A stretch of 64,000 nucleotides of DNA, taken from positions 117,528 to 181,527 of the forward strand of contig JAHQVT010000012.1 in assembly GCA_019634165.1 (NCBI GenBank). The letters run 5' to 3'. Positions within the stretch are counted from its first letter, which is position 1. Each line of letters begins with the position of its first letter. The DNA is from Rhodospirillales bacterium (GTDB lineage Bacteria; Pseudomonadota; Alphaproteobacteria; Rhodospirillales; Thalassospiraceae). The notes below the pieces were generated by a model. It had not been told where the DNA came from. It was given only the letters and a program-made list of their open reading frames with translations, and did no database searches. This document shows, piece by piece, positions 19,763-28,509 of this stretch. The position numbers were made by a program, and so were the translations under genes.

Positions 19763-20581
19763 TTACTGATACCAATCTGTTGGTATAGGTTGTCTGCGTT
19801 GGCTTCGAAGATGGGTACCATGTACAACATGCCAAGCCATCCAGTTACCCGGTTGAGAATCAATCAGAAACACTTCATCAAATGAGAATTCTCTCATTTG
19901 ATAGATTTGATCAATTGCATCTAAGATAAGTAGGTGTGATGAGAGTGACTGGTCGCTGAATTCAAGTGCAAGAACTGCCTTGTTGTTACGCTTCGGAAGC
20001 CCCTGAAACTTCTTCAGTTTGCTTATGAACGCCTTTTCGATCCGGCTATTGCGTAAGCTTTCTAGTGCGGGAGGTGACAGCCTCGTGAAGTTAGTATGTC
20101 CGCCGTGAGGAGTTCTTGTGGTCGCAAGGATGCGGATTTCCAAGCCGTTAATGTTTATTGAGATTTCTTTGTACGGTTGATCATCATTTAGGTCTGTAAT
20201 AAGCGGAATGATTCTGTTGATTCTCAAAGCGGCTTCTCTCGCATTCGCATTAATTGTTCGGCTAGAGAAATCATAAACTTTGTAGGACACACAAATGTTT
20301 ACTTCAACGTGATCTGGAACCGGTGCGGTTACTTCCATCCGTAGTTGTGAAATAAATCGCAAAAACTTTTCATCACCTTTGAGTGCGCCATCATACGGCT
20401 CAATTTGTGTGTGTTCTATCCAATAGCTTGTTCCTTTCAGATCTACATGCCAATCGGTTGCTTTTTTTTCCTGGTCTAGCTCATCTGGTGCGAATTCGTT
20501 GGCGGGCAACGAATTCGTCATACGAGCTAAGAGCTGAACGACAATTTCGCAGCACTTTTTTTGGTTAGGTGTTTCTCCCAT
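19763..20581 (-). CDS. Hypothetical protein, AT-rich, possible PD-(D/E)XK-like nuclease fold
   Basis: 272-aa ORF from ATG 20581 with GGAG RBS; GC 30-52% per 60-nt line in spot counts versus ~53% background; APD...TDW...WIEHT pattern (fold call is inference). Confidence 0.75.
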   Translation of the reverse strand: MGETPNQKKCCEIVVQLLARMTNSLPANEFAPDELDQEKKATDWHVDLKGTSYWIEHTQIEPYDGALKGDEKFLRFISQLRMEVTAPVPDHVEVNICVSYKVYDFSSRTINANAREAALRINRIIPLITDLNDDQPYKEISININGLEIRILATTRTPHGGHTNFTRLSPPALESLRNSRIEKAFISKLKKFQGLPKRNNKAVLALEFSDQSLSSHLLILDAIDQIYQMREFSFDEVFLIDSQPGNWMAWHVVHGTHLRSQRRQPIPTDWYQ

Positions 20582-20646
20582 GCGGCTACCAACTCCACTA
20601 ACTGAAGTGTACGAAATCTGTCTCGTATGATTTGAACGGTCCTGTA

Positions 20647-20750
20647 TTGCAAAGGCCAAGCTCAAAGCGACATCGGGACGCCAACGGCAACTAGTATGAT
20701 TTCAAACACTCAGCCGTATTTCAAGTCAGCGCAAATTCAAAGCCACTGGT
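20647..20750 (-). pseudogene. Decayed copy of the 3' end of the SLC13 permease gene
   Basis: 20647-20705 matches 25036-25094 at 48/59 nt; translates FEIILVAVGVPMSL*AWPLQ versus IEIIVVAVGVPMLLWVWPL*; weaker gapped similarity continues to ~20750. Confidence 0.85.
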
Positions 20751-20979
20751 ACTGCAAATACAAGCGCCATCATGATGCGTCTGGCCTGATTTCTTATTGG
20801 TTGGTTTGGTTTATTGATCGGCCTTGCCGCGTGCAGTGCGGTGAAGTATTGCTGCATGCCGCTGTCATCTGAATAATGATGCCGCGATCTTTTTCCACCA
20901 GATGAAATTGGTGTATGCTGGTCGTCTTCGGACCATCATAATGAAGTTTGTGCGCTTCTGATTGAACAAGGTTTTACCG

Positions 20980-22278
20980 ATGCCCCATTCCCAACCCGAA
21001 CTTGCCTATGGCCGTGGATTTATTTCGGTAAAACTGCCCGACACTGCGCGCGCGACCGTCATTCGTAAGGCCGAGCTTGCAAAGCTTCCTGACAATCAGG
21101 TTGCCATTCGAAATGCACTTGAAAATCCGGTTGATGCCGCACCGCTTTCGGAGCTGGCCAAAAATCGCAAAAGTGCCTGTATCCTGATTTGCGATATTAC
21201 CCGCCCCGTTCCCAATAAGCTGTTCCTGCGCCCGATGATCGAGACGATGCTCGCGGCAGGCATCGCGCAAAGCGAAATTACCGTTTTGGTTGCGACCGGT
21301 CTGCACCGACCCAATCTGGACGAAGAGCTTGAAGAACTTGTGGGTGACCCGTGGGTTTTGGAAAATGTTCGGGTTGAAAACCATTATGCGCGGAACGAAG
21401 ACGATTTGATCGACCTTGGCGTAACGCCAACCCGTGGTGTTCCGGTCAAGCTTAACAAACGTTTGGTCGAGGCTGATCTTCGGATTGCAACAGGCTTGGT
21501 TGAGCCGCATTTCATGGCAGGTTGGTCTGGCGGGCGTAAAGTTGTTGCGCCTGGTGTTGCCGGACATGAAACCATCCGCACATTCCATTCCGCCCGTTTC
21601 ATGGAAGACCCGCTGGCGGTTCAATGCAATCTTGCAGGCAATCCGCTGCATGAAGAGCAGCTTGAAATCGTTCGCAAGCTTGGCGAGACATATGCGCTGA
21701 ACACCGTTCTGGATGAAGACCGTGACCTTGTTCATGTGACATTTGGCGAAATCATCGCCAGCCACCTTGCCGCTGTGAGCTATATTTCAGAAGCAACCCG
21801 TGTTGATGTTGGCCGGAAATACAGCACCGTGGTTACGTCGTCTGCTGGTTATCCGCTTGATAAAACCTATTATCAGACGGTCAAGGGCATGGTCACCCCG
21901 ATGGATATCCTGAAACCCGGCGGGACCTTGATCATTGCATCAGAATGTTCCGAAGGGTTTGGGTCCGAGGAATTCCGCGATGCACAGGCAAGGTTGGCCG
22001 AGCTTGGGTCCGAGCGTTTTTTGGCAACGCTGAAAGCCAAAGCACTTGCCGATATCGACGAATGGCAAACCGAAATGCAGCTTAAACCGATGCGGGTTGG
22101 CAAGGTGCAGCTTTATACCAAAGGGCTGAGTGCGGAAGAAAAACGCATTACCTGTGTTGAGGTTGTGGATGATCTTGATCAGGCCATTGCGCACAGCATT
22201 GCGCAAAGCGGTGATATGGACGTCGCCATTATCCCCGAAGGCCCCTATGTCATTCCGGTGTCGGGCAACAATGAATGA
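20980..22278 (+). CDS. larA: Nickel-pincer-dependent lactate racemase superfamily protein (LarA homolog)
   Basis: DITRPVP, ATGLHRP, EPHFMAGWSGGRK, GYPLDKTYYQTVKG; start ATG 20980 (TTG 20962 possible). Confidence 0.92.
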   Translation: MPHSQPELAYGRGFISVKLPDTARATVIRKAELAKLPDNQVAIRNALENPVDAAPLSELAKNRKSACILICDITRPVPNKLFLRPMIETMLAAGIAQSEITVLVATGLHRPNLDEELEELVGDPWVLENVRVENHYARNEDDLIDLGVTPTRGVPVKLNKRLVEADLRIATGLVEPHFMAGWSGGRKVVAPGVAGHETIRTFHSARFMEDPLAVQCNLAGNPLHEEQLEIVRKLGETYALNTVLDEDRDLVHVTFGEIIASHLAAVSYISEATRVDVGRKYSTVVTSSAGYPLDKTYYQTVKGMVTPMDILKPGGTLIIASECSEGFGSEEFRDAQARLAELGSERFLATLKAKALADIDEWQTEMQLKPMRVGKVQLYTKGLSAEEKRITCVEVVDDLDQAIAHSIAQSGDMDVAIIPEGPYVIPVSGNNE

Positions 22279-23516
22279 ACCATATCCATCTTGATGCTGT
22301 TGGCGGGATTGCCGGCGATATGTTTATCGCCGCAATGCTTGATATGATCCCGCATCTGCGCCCAACGATTGATCAGGACATAAAACGCATTGTTCCCTCC
22401 GATGTTGGCAGCGTTGAAATTGCGAAAATCCGCAAAAACGGCATGCATGCCCAAACGTTCAATCTGGTCTTTAACCCGGATTATGAAGCGCATGGCAAAT
22501 CGGATCATGGGCATGATCACGAACACGATCACCGCATAGGATCTGGCGCATACACCGATATTGTTGGCTATATCCGGTCTTCTGAACTGGCACCGGGTAC
22601 GATTGAGGTTGCCTGTGCCATCTTGACGATTTTGGCGGAAGCCGAAGCAAAAACCCATGCGGTTGATATAAAGGACGTTCATTTTCACGAGATTGCCGAT
22701 TGGGATTCTGTTTTGGATGTCGTGATCGCAGGCAGCATCATTGCCGCCTTGGCTGATACCAGATGGAGCGTATCGGACCTGCCGCGTGGCGGCGGGCTTG
22801 TTAAAACCCAGCATGGGTTGTTGCCCGTTCCGGCCCCGGCAACGGCCGAAATTCTGTCCGGATTTGCGTGGCGTGATGACGGTGTTTCGGGTGAACGTGT
22901 GACTCCAACCGGTGCCGCCATCTTGAAATATCTGATTGATCCAGAAAATACCGATGCGGCTTGGCCGAGGTCTGCAAGGTTGCTTGCAAGTGGTGTTGGG
23001 GCAGGAACGCGCACCATTACGGAATTGCCAAACATTCTGCGCGCATTGCAGTTTAGTGCGGCATCTGAGGCGGGCGATGCAGCCTATGATCAGGATCATG
23101 TTACGGTCATTGAATTTGAAATCGACGATATGACAGGCGAGGAAATTGCCACTGCATCGGAAATTTTACGCGGTTGTGATGGTGTCATTGATCTGGTGCT
23201 ATTGACAGGTCAGGGCAAGAAAAACCGCGCGGTGACGTCGTTCCGATTATTGGCACAGCCTGCCTTGGCAGACCATGTAATGGATGCGTGTTTTGCCCAG
23301 ACATCGACCATCGGTCTTCGTCATCAGGTGAGCGAACGACGTATCCTGCGCCGTGTTGCAGGACTTGATAAAAGTGGTGTTCGGGTCAAGCATGTTACGC
23401 GGCCTGATGGGGTTACGTCGTGCAAGGCGGAACATGATGATTTAACCGGCAAAGATTTGCATTCTCGCCGTCGTCAAAAATACCAAGCCGAACTACAAGC
23501 TGAACAAAAGGGGTGA
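22275..23516 (+). CDS. larC: Nickel-pincer cofactor nickel insertase LarC
   Basis: GIAGDMFIAA, His-rich HGKSDHGHDHEHDH, VHFHEIADWDS, PVPAPAT, TPTGAA, IDDMTGE, TSTIGLR. Confidence 0.93.
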   Translation: MNHIHLDAVGGIAGDMFIAAMLDMIPHLRPTIDQDIKRIVPSDVGSVEIAKIRKNGMHAQTFNLVFNPDYEAHGKSDHGHDHEHDHRIGSGAYTDIVGYIRSSELAPGTIEVACAILTILAEAEAKTHAVDIKDVHFHEIADWDSVLDVVIAGSIIAALADTRWSVSDLPRGGGLVKTQHGLLPVPAPATAEILSGFAWRDDGVSGERVTPTGAAILKYLIDPENTDAAWPRSARLLASGVGAGTRTITELPNILRALQFSAASEAGDAAYDQDHVTVIEFEIDDMTGEEIATASEILRGCDGVIDLVLLTGQGKKNRAVTSFRLLAQPALADHVMDACFAQTSTIGLRHQVSERRILRRVAGLDKSGVRVKHVTRPDGVTSCKAEHDDLTGKDLHSRRRQKYQAELQAEQKG

Positions 23517-24304
23517 GCATGGTTTTGCGTTCTCACCAATTTCTTGCCGATATCATCCTTGCCCAACCGCGTCTTGCAATCGCGGTAAGCGGTGGTGTTG
23601 ATAGCATGACGCTTGCAACATTTGCTCACATGGTGGCAGCTGATCGGATTGAAATGCTGCATGCTGTATCGCCTGCTGTGCAGCCTGCTGCGACGGTTCG
23701 GGTGCGCGATGCGGGGCGTTTGCAAAACTGGCACTTAACCGTGACCGGCACGGGTGAATTTGATGATCCGCGTTATCGTGATAACCCGGTTAATCGGTGC
23801 TATTTCTGCAAGACCAATTTATATGACCGGATACGCAGTTTGACGTCGGCCCCGATTGCATCGGGAGCAAATCTTGATGACCTAGGGGAATATCGGCCGG
23901 GATTGCTTGCAGCATCGGAACGGGATGTTATTCACCCGTTTGTTGATGCCGGTATGGCAAAAACAGACATCCGCGCACTTGCCCGCGAACTTGGGTTGGA
24001 TGATGTTGCCGAACTTCCAGCGCAGCCTTGCCTTGCCAGCCGCATAGAAACCGGCATTGCGATTGATCCAAACGATCTTGCCTTTGTCGATAGCATCGAA
24101 GGGTTTCTCAGCAACGAGCTTGGCCTAAGCGGGGATGTCAGATGCCGAATTACAAAATCAGGTGTGATTATTGAACTTCCCGAAAGCGAAATAACCTCCG
24201 AAATTCAAGCCCGGATTGCAGAACGTTGCAAGATTAACGATCGCGCGCTTATGGGGCTGCGCCCCTATCAGCGGGGTGCGATGTTTATTCAGGACAGACC
24301 ATGA
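23513..24304 (+). CDS. larE: ATP-dependent sulfur transferase LarE
   Basis: PP-loop SGGVDS, NRCYFCK, DDLGEYRPG, PCLASR. Confidence 0.92.
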   Translation: MSMVLRSHQFLADIILAQPRLAIAVSGGVDSMTLATFAHMVAADRIEMLHAVSPAVQPAATVRVRDAGRLQNWHLTVTGTGEFDDPRYRDNPVNRCYFCKTNLYDRIRSLTSAPIASGANLDDLGEYRPGLLAASERDVIHPFVDAGMAKTDIRALARELGLDDVAELPAQPCLASRIETGIAIDPNDLAFVDSIEGFLSNELGLSGDVRCRITKSGVIIELPESEITSEIQARIAERCKINDRALMGLRPYQRGAMFIQDRP

Positions 24305-24957
24305 AAAACGTTCATCAGCCCGATTGGGACCGACAAAGCCGAACCGGCTTTCCCGAGGCGATCTATTGCGCCCGAAAATCGCCTGAGCAAATCAACATCA
24401 TTATTGAAGATGCGGTTACGCGCCAGCGCCCGCTTTTCCTGACCGCTCTTGGGGTGGAAACCTATCAGGGGCTTGATCGGGACAATAGCGCGCAGCTTGA
24501 CTATGATCATGTGTCGGCCACGGGGATTGTTGGCAAGACAGCGCCGCTTGGACAATCAGGGGTCGGGATTATTGCGGCGGGAACGTCAGATATTCCTGTG
24601 GCGACCGAAGCCCAGAGAACCTTGGCGTTTTGCGGTTATGACAGCACAATGATCCACGATGTTGGTGTGGCAGGTCTTTGGCGGTTACTTGAACGGATTG
24701 AAGAAATTCAGCAATTCCGAGTCATCATTGCGCTTGCCGGGATGGAAGGTGCTTTGTTTAGTGTTCTGGCCGGACTGGTTGAGGCACCCGTAATTGCGGT
24801 GCCAACATCCGTTGGGTACGGCGTGTCAACGGGCGGAAGAACCGCCCTTGAATCCGCACTGGGAAGCTGTTCACCCGGCATCATGACGGTCAATATCGAC
24901 AATGGTTTTGGTGCGGCGGCAGCCACAATCAAAATCCTGCAATCTGCACATAAATAA
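24301..24957 (+). CDS. larB: Nickel-pincer cofactor biosynthesis carboxylase/hydrolase LarB
   Basis: DRQSRTGFPEAIY, AAGTSDIPVA, DVGVAGLWRL, AGMEGAL, PTSVGYG, VNIDNGFGAA. Confidence 0.95.
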   Translation: MKNVHQPDWDRQSRTGFPEAIYCARKSPEQINIIIEDAVTRQRPLFLTALGVETYQGLDRDNSAQLDYDHVSATGIVGKTAPLGQSGVGIIAAGTSDIPVATEAQRTLAFCGYDSTMIHDVGVAGLWRLLERIEEIQQFRVIIALAGMEGALFSVLAGLVEAPVIAVPTSVGYGVSTGGRTALESALGSCSPGIMTVNIDNGFGAAAATIKILQSAHK

Positions 24958-25035
24958 GGGTTAAAAGGCCGGAATCAAATTGTGGCCTTTCATGCTGTGC
25001 GAGGACGGTCGCCAGATTGATTTTGGCGGTGTGAC

Positions 25036-26943
25036 TTACAACGGCCAAACCCAAAGAAGCATCGGGACGCCAACGGCAACCACGATAATTTCAATCGGGA
25101 GGCCAAGCTTCCAGTAATCGCCAAACTTGAACCCGCCGGGGCCCAAGATCAGGGTATTGTTTTGATGCCCGATCGGCGTCAAAAAGGCGCAGGATGCACC
25201 AATTGCAACGGCCATCAGGAATGGATCGGAGCTGGCACCGAGTTGTGCGGCACTACCAATGGCAATCGGGCACATGACGGCTGCGGTAGCAGCATTATTC
25301 ATGAAATCAGATAGCGTCATGGTCACGACAAGGATCAACCCAACCGCAATCACGGCGTTGCCTTGTGCGACACTTTCAAGCAGGAAGCGCGCGATAAGGT
25401 CGGCACTTCCTGTACTTTCCATTGCATTGGCAACCGGTATCAATGCGGCAAGCAACACAATGACCGGCCAATCAACCGCATCATAAAGTGTTCTTGGGGA
25501 CACCACACCAAACAGCAGGGCAGCCAGAACACCAAAGGAGAATGAAACGGCGGCAGGCACAATGCCAAACGCCGCAAGCAGAATGGCAATTGCCATGATG
25601 GCGCTGGCTTTCAGTGCTTGTGATTTATCCCCCAGATAGATCGATCGTTCGGCAAGGGGCGCACAGCCCATCTGGTTGCCAAATTCATTGATCGCAGCGG
25701 GGGCTCCTTGCATCAAAAGCACGTCGCCAGCCTGAATTTTCATGGTGCGCAGGCGGGTCATGGAACGCTGCCCCTGACGTGATAGGGCCAAAAGATTGAT
25801 GCCATAGCGGCTGCGAATGCGGATGTCAGCAGCGGAGCGACCAATGAAATCGGCATTTGGCAGAACCACCACTTCGATCAGTGATACATCATCGGATTGA
25901 AGTGCTTTTTCATGCGATTTTTGTTCGGAGGATGCGTCTTTTTGGTCGCTATCTTTTTTCGTGGCGATTGCCTTTTCGGGGGATTTTTCAGCCTTTTGTG
26001 CCTTGGCCTGTTCTTTGGCTTCTTCCTTTTCCGCGGCATTGGCAGCAGCACTGCGCCACTCAGCTTCAAGTGTTAGTTCAAGCCCGGCCAAGGCACTTGC
26101 CAATCCTTCGGGTTCGGCTTCGATCAGAAGAATGTCGTTTTGATGTAACTCGCGATAGGGGCTTGGGGCGGCGATCCGGCGTTCATCGCGGATCAGTCCA
26201 ATGACCTGTGCATCGGATTTATCAAGTTCCAAGTTAATATCGCGCAGCAGCATTTTGGCCGCTTTGCTGCCTTCGGTAATGCGGGCTTCGGTCAAATATG
26301 ATCCAGTTTCAAACCCTTCTGCCCCGGCACGTTCGCGGGTCGGAACCAAAAACCGGCCAACCAGCATGACAAAGGCCAACCCCGATATGGCAATGGCAAT
26401 CCCAACCGGGCTGTAATCAAACATCGAAAAGCCGCTGCCGGTCAATTCAGCGCGGAAGCCCGATACAATCAGGTTGGGCGGTGTGCCGATCAAGGTTGTC
26501 ATGCCGCCCAAGATCGACCCAAACGCCAAGGGCATAAGGACTTTTCCCGGTGGGACACCTTGTTTGTTGGCAATCTGAAGGGCAACCGGCATCAAAAGGG
26601 CCAAGGCCCCGACATTGTTCATAAAGGCCGAAAGGATTGCTGCCAGCAGACTAAGTGCCGCAAGGGTGACAAACGGTCCTGCGGACTGCGGAAGGACTGT
26701 TCGTGTCAGGGTGTCAACGGCACCAGATTGCTGTAATGCCGATGACAGGACCAGAATGCAGGCAACTGTAATGACGGCGGGGTGGCCAAAACCAACAAAA
26801 GCGGCCTCGGTCGGGACCAGCCCCAAGCCCACACACATCAAAAGGGATGCCATCGCGACCATGTCATGGCGCCAACGTCCCCACAAAAACAGGGCGACCG
26901 TACCAATAAGAACGGTCAGAATCATGATTTGCGGGTTACTCAT
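25036..26943 (-). CDS. SLC13/DASS family permease with TrkA-C domains
   Basis: Start re-called to ATG 26943 (AGGA RBS); SAFMNN, LIGTPPNL, SDFMNNAAT, FLTPIGHQNN; two TrkA-C repeats. Confidence 0.93.
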   Translation of the reverse strand: MSNPQIMILTVLIGTVALFLWGRWRHDMVAMASLLMCVGLGLVPTEAAFVGFGHPAVITVACILVLSSALQQSGAVDTLTRTVLPQSAGPFVTLAALSLLAAILSAFMNNVGALALLMPVALQIANKQGVPPGKVLMPLAFGSILGGMTTLIGTPPNLIVSGFRAELTGSGFSMFDYSPVGIAIAISGLAFVMLVGRFLVPTRERAGAEGFETGSYLTEARITEGSKAAKMLLRDINLELDKSDAQVIGLIRDERRIAAPSPYRELHQNDILLIEAEPEGLASALAGLELTLEAEWRSAAANAAEKEEAKEQAKAQKAEKSPEKAIATKKDSDQKDASSEQKSHEKALQSDDVSLIEVVVLPNADFIGRSAADIRIRSRYGINLLALSRQGQRSMTRLRTMKIQAGDVLLMQGAPAAINEFGNQMGCAPLAERSIYLGDKSQALKASAIMAIAILLAAFGIVPAAVSFSFGVLAALLFGVVSPRTLYDAVDWPVIVLLAALIPVANAMESTGSADLIARFLLESVAQGNAVIAVGLILVVTMTLSDFMNNAATAAVMCPIAIGSAAQLGASSDPFLMAVAIGASCAFLTPIGHQNNTLILGPGGFKFGDYWKLGLPIEIIVVAVGVPMLLWVWPL

Positions 26944-27174
26944 TATGGTCGGTCCTGATGTGAAGGCCATACATTGGCCAATGGAAGAAAAGCCTATGGG
27001 GTTGGGGCTTGATTGGTCAAGCACAGTCCGATGAAATGATGGAAACCCAGTCTAAAACAAAAGCGTTTTCAGAGATATGAGGCTGCTGCCATATTTGTCA
27101 GGAGGATGTGATAGCATCTTCCTGTTTTTATGTGCCAATTTGATTGTTTGATCATGCAAAATGACAGTGCCGAC

Positions 27175-28392
27175 ATGCCAAACTCTTCAGTCGCCATTTC
27201 GGTGAAACAAGCACGGAACCTTGCCCTTGTCGGGCAGGGGTTTGATTCCGATGAAAGCCGTCCTGTCACCAAGCGCCGGATTATGAAGGCGATCCGCAAG
27301 ACCAACATGTTGCAGGTCGATAGTGTGAACGTTTTAACCCGCGCGCATTACATGCCGATCTTTAGTCGTTTGGGGGTCTATGACCCGGCATTGCTTGACG
27401 ACATTGTGTGGGGCAAGGCACGGGATCGCAAACTGTTTGAATATTGGGGGCATGAGGCCTCTATGATCCCGGTGGAGGATTATCCGCTTTATCGGTGGCG
27501 AATGGAGGATGCGAAATCGGGCATGGGGACATGGGGGCGTATCGCCCGCATTCAGCGAGAAAAACCCGATTTGATCAAAGGTATCCTAGACCACATCGAA
27601 CGCGAAGGTGCGGTTGGGTCTAGCGACCTTGAAGATAAAGGCGAAAGCCGTTCGGAATGGTGGGGGTGGTCAGACACCAAAACCGCGATGGAATACCTGT
27701 TTTGGAGCGGTCAGGTCACAGCACTTAAGCGCCGTAACAGTTTCGAGCGGGTTTATGATCTTCCGCATCGCATTATTGGCGATATTGCAAATGATCCGGC
27801 CCCTGACCGGATTGATGCCCAGTCCGATTTGATCTGTAAGGGCATTGGCGCAATGGGCATCGCGACCGAAGCCGATTTGCGCAAATATTTCCGCCTGCCA
27901 ACACAGGAAGTCAAAACCTGTTTGGCCAGATTGCTTGAAGAAGGCCGATTGTTGCGTGCGGATGTGCAAGGCTGGAAACAGGCAGGGTATTTGTGCCCCA
28001 ACGTTAACCAGCGATCACGGGCCAAACCAACCTGTTTGATGGTGCCGTTTGACCCGGTGATGTGGGAACGTGACCGGATAGAGCGGATATTCGGGTTTAA
28101 CTACCGGATCGAGATATATGTTCCGGCAGAAAAGCGCCAATACGGATATTACGTCCTGCCATTCATGTTGAACGGCGAATTTGTTGCGCGTGTGGATTTG
28201 AAATCAGATCGTAAGGCCGGGGTTCTTTTGGTGCAAAGCGCGCATCTTGAAGATGGCTTTGCCAAGGGTGATGTTGCCGGGCCCTTGATGGACAATCTGC
28301 AACGTCTGGCCGGGTTTCTTGGCCTTGGCGGGGTAAAGGTTGTTCGCGCCAATACGTTTTCAAAATATCTGGCAGATGTCAGGCTTGTTTAA
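27175..28392 (+). CDS. ycaQ: YcaQ/AlkZ family (HTH_42) DNA cross-link repair glycosylase
   Basis: QxD motif (MLQVDSVNV), LFEYWGHEA, PFDPVMWER, YRIEIYVPAEKRQYGYYVLP; start 27130 or 27175. Confidence 0.9.
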   Translation: MPNSSVAISVKQARNLALVGQGFDSDESRPVTKRRIMKAIRKTNMLQVDSVNVLTRAHYMPIFSRLGVYDPALLDDIVWGKARDRKLFEYWGHEASMIPVEDYPLYRWRMEDAKSGMGTWGRIARIQREKPDLIKGILDHIEREGAVGSSDLEDKGESRSEWWGWSDTKTAMEYLFWSGQVTALKRRNSFERVYDLPHRIIGDIANDPAPDRIDAQSDLICKGIGAMGIATEADLRKYFRLPTQEVKTCLARLLEEGRLLRADVQGWKQAGYLCPNVNQRSRAKPTCLMVPFDPVMWERDRIERIFGFNYRIEIYVPAEKRQYGYYVLPFMLNGEFVARVDLKSDRKAGVLLVQSAHLEDGFAKGDVAGPLMDNLQRLAGFLGLGGVKVVRANTFSKYLADVRLV

Positions 28393-28398
28393 AAAGGT

Positions 28399-28433
28399 AA
28401 ACGGGGCGCAGGTCCCACAACCGCGCCCCGTTT
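28399..28433. terminator. Bidirectional terminator between ycaQ and the SDR gene
   Basis: AAACGGGGCGC / GCGCCCCGTTT 11-bp inverted repeat between convergent genes. Confidence 0.75.
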
Positions 28434-28509
28434 CACCATCGCACTGACCTGATCACAACGAGTACAGGTCCTTGCTTCAGGACATTGTGATCAACAGTTC
28501 CACCTGGCC

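Larger units (their letters stand above)
20647..25094. repeat. Degenerate direct repeat pair (20647-20705 and 25036-25094) bracketing the lar cassette
   Basis: Manual alignment 48/59 identities with perfect core CATCGGGACGCCAACGGCAAC (20671-20691 = 25060-25080); offset 4389 bp. Confidence 0.9.

Noticed and set aside
20647-25094. Calling the lar block an active mobile element
   Set aside because: No integrase, transposase, terminal inverted repeats or transfer genes; only the degenerate repeat is supported
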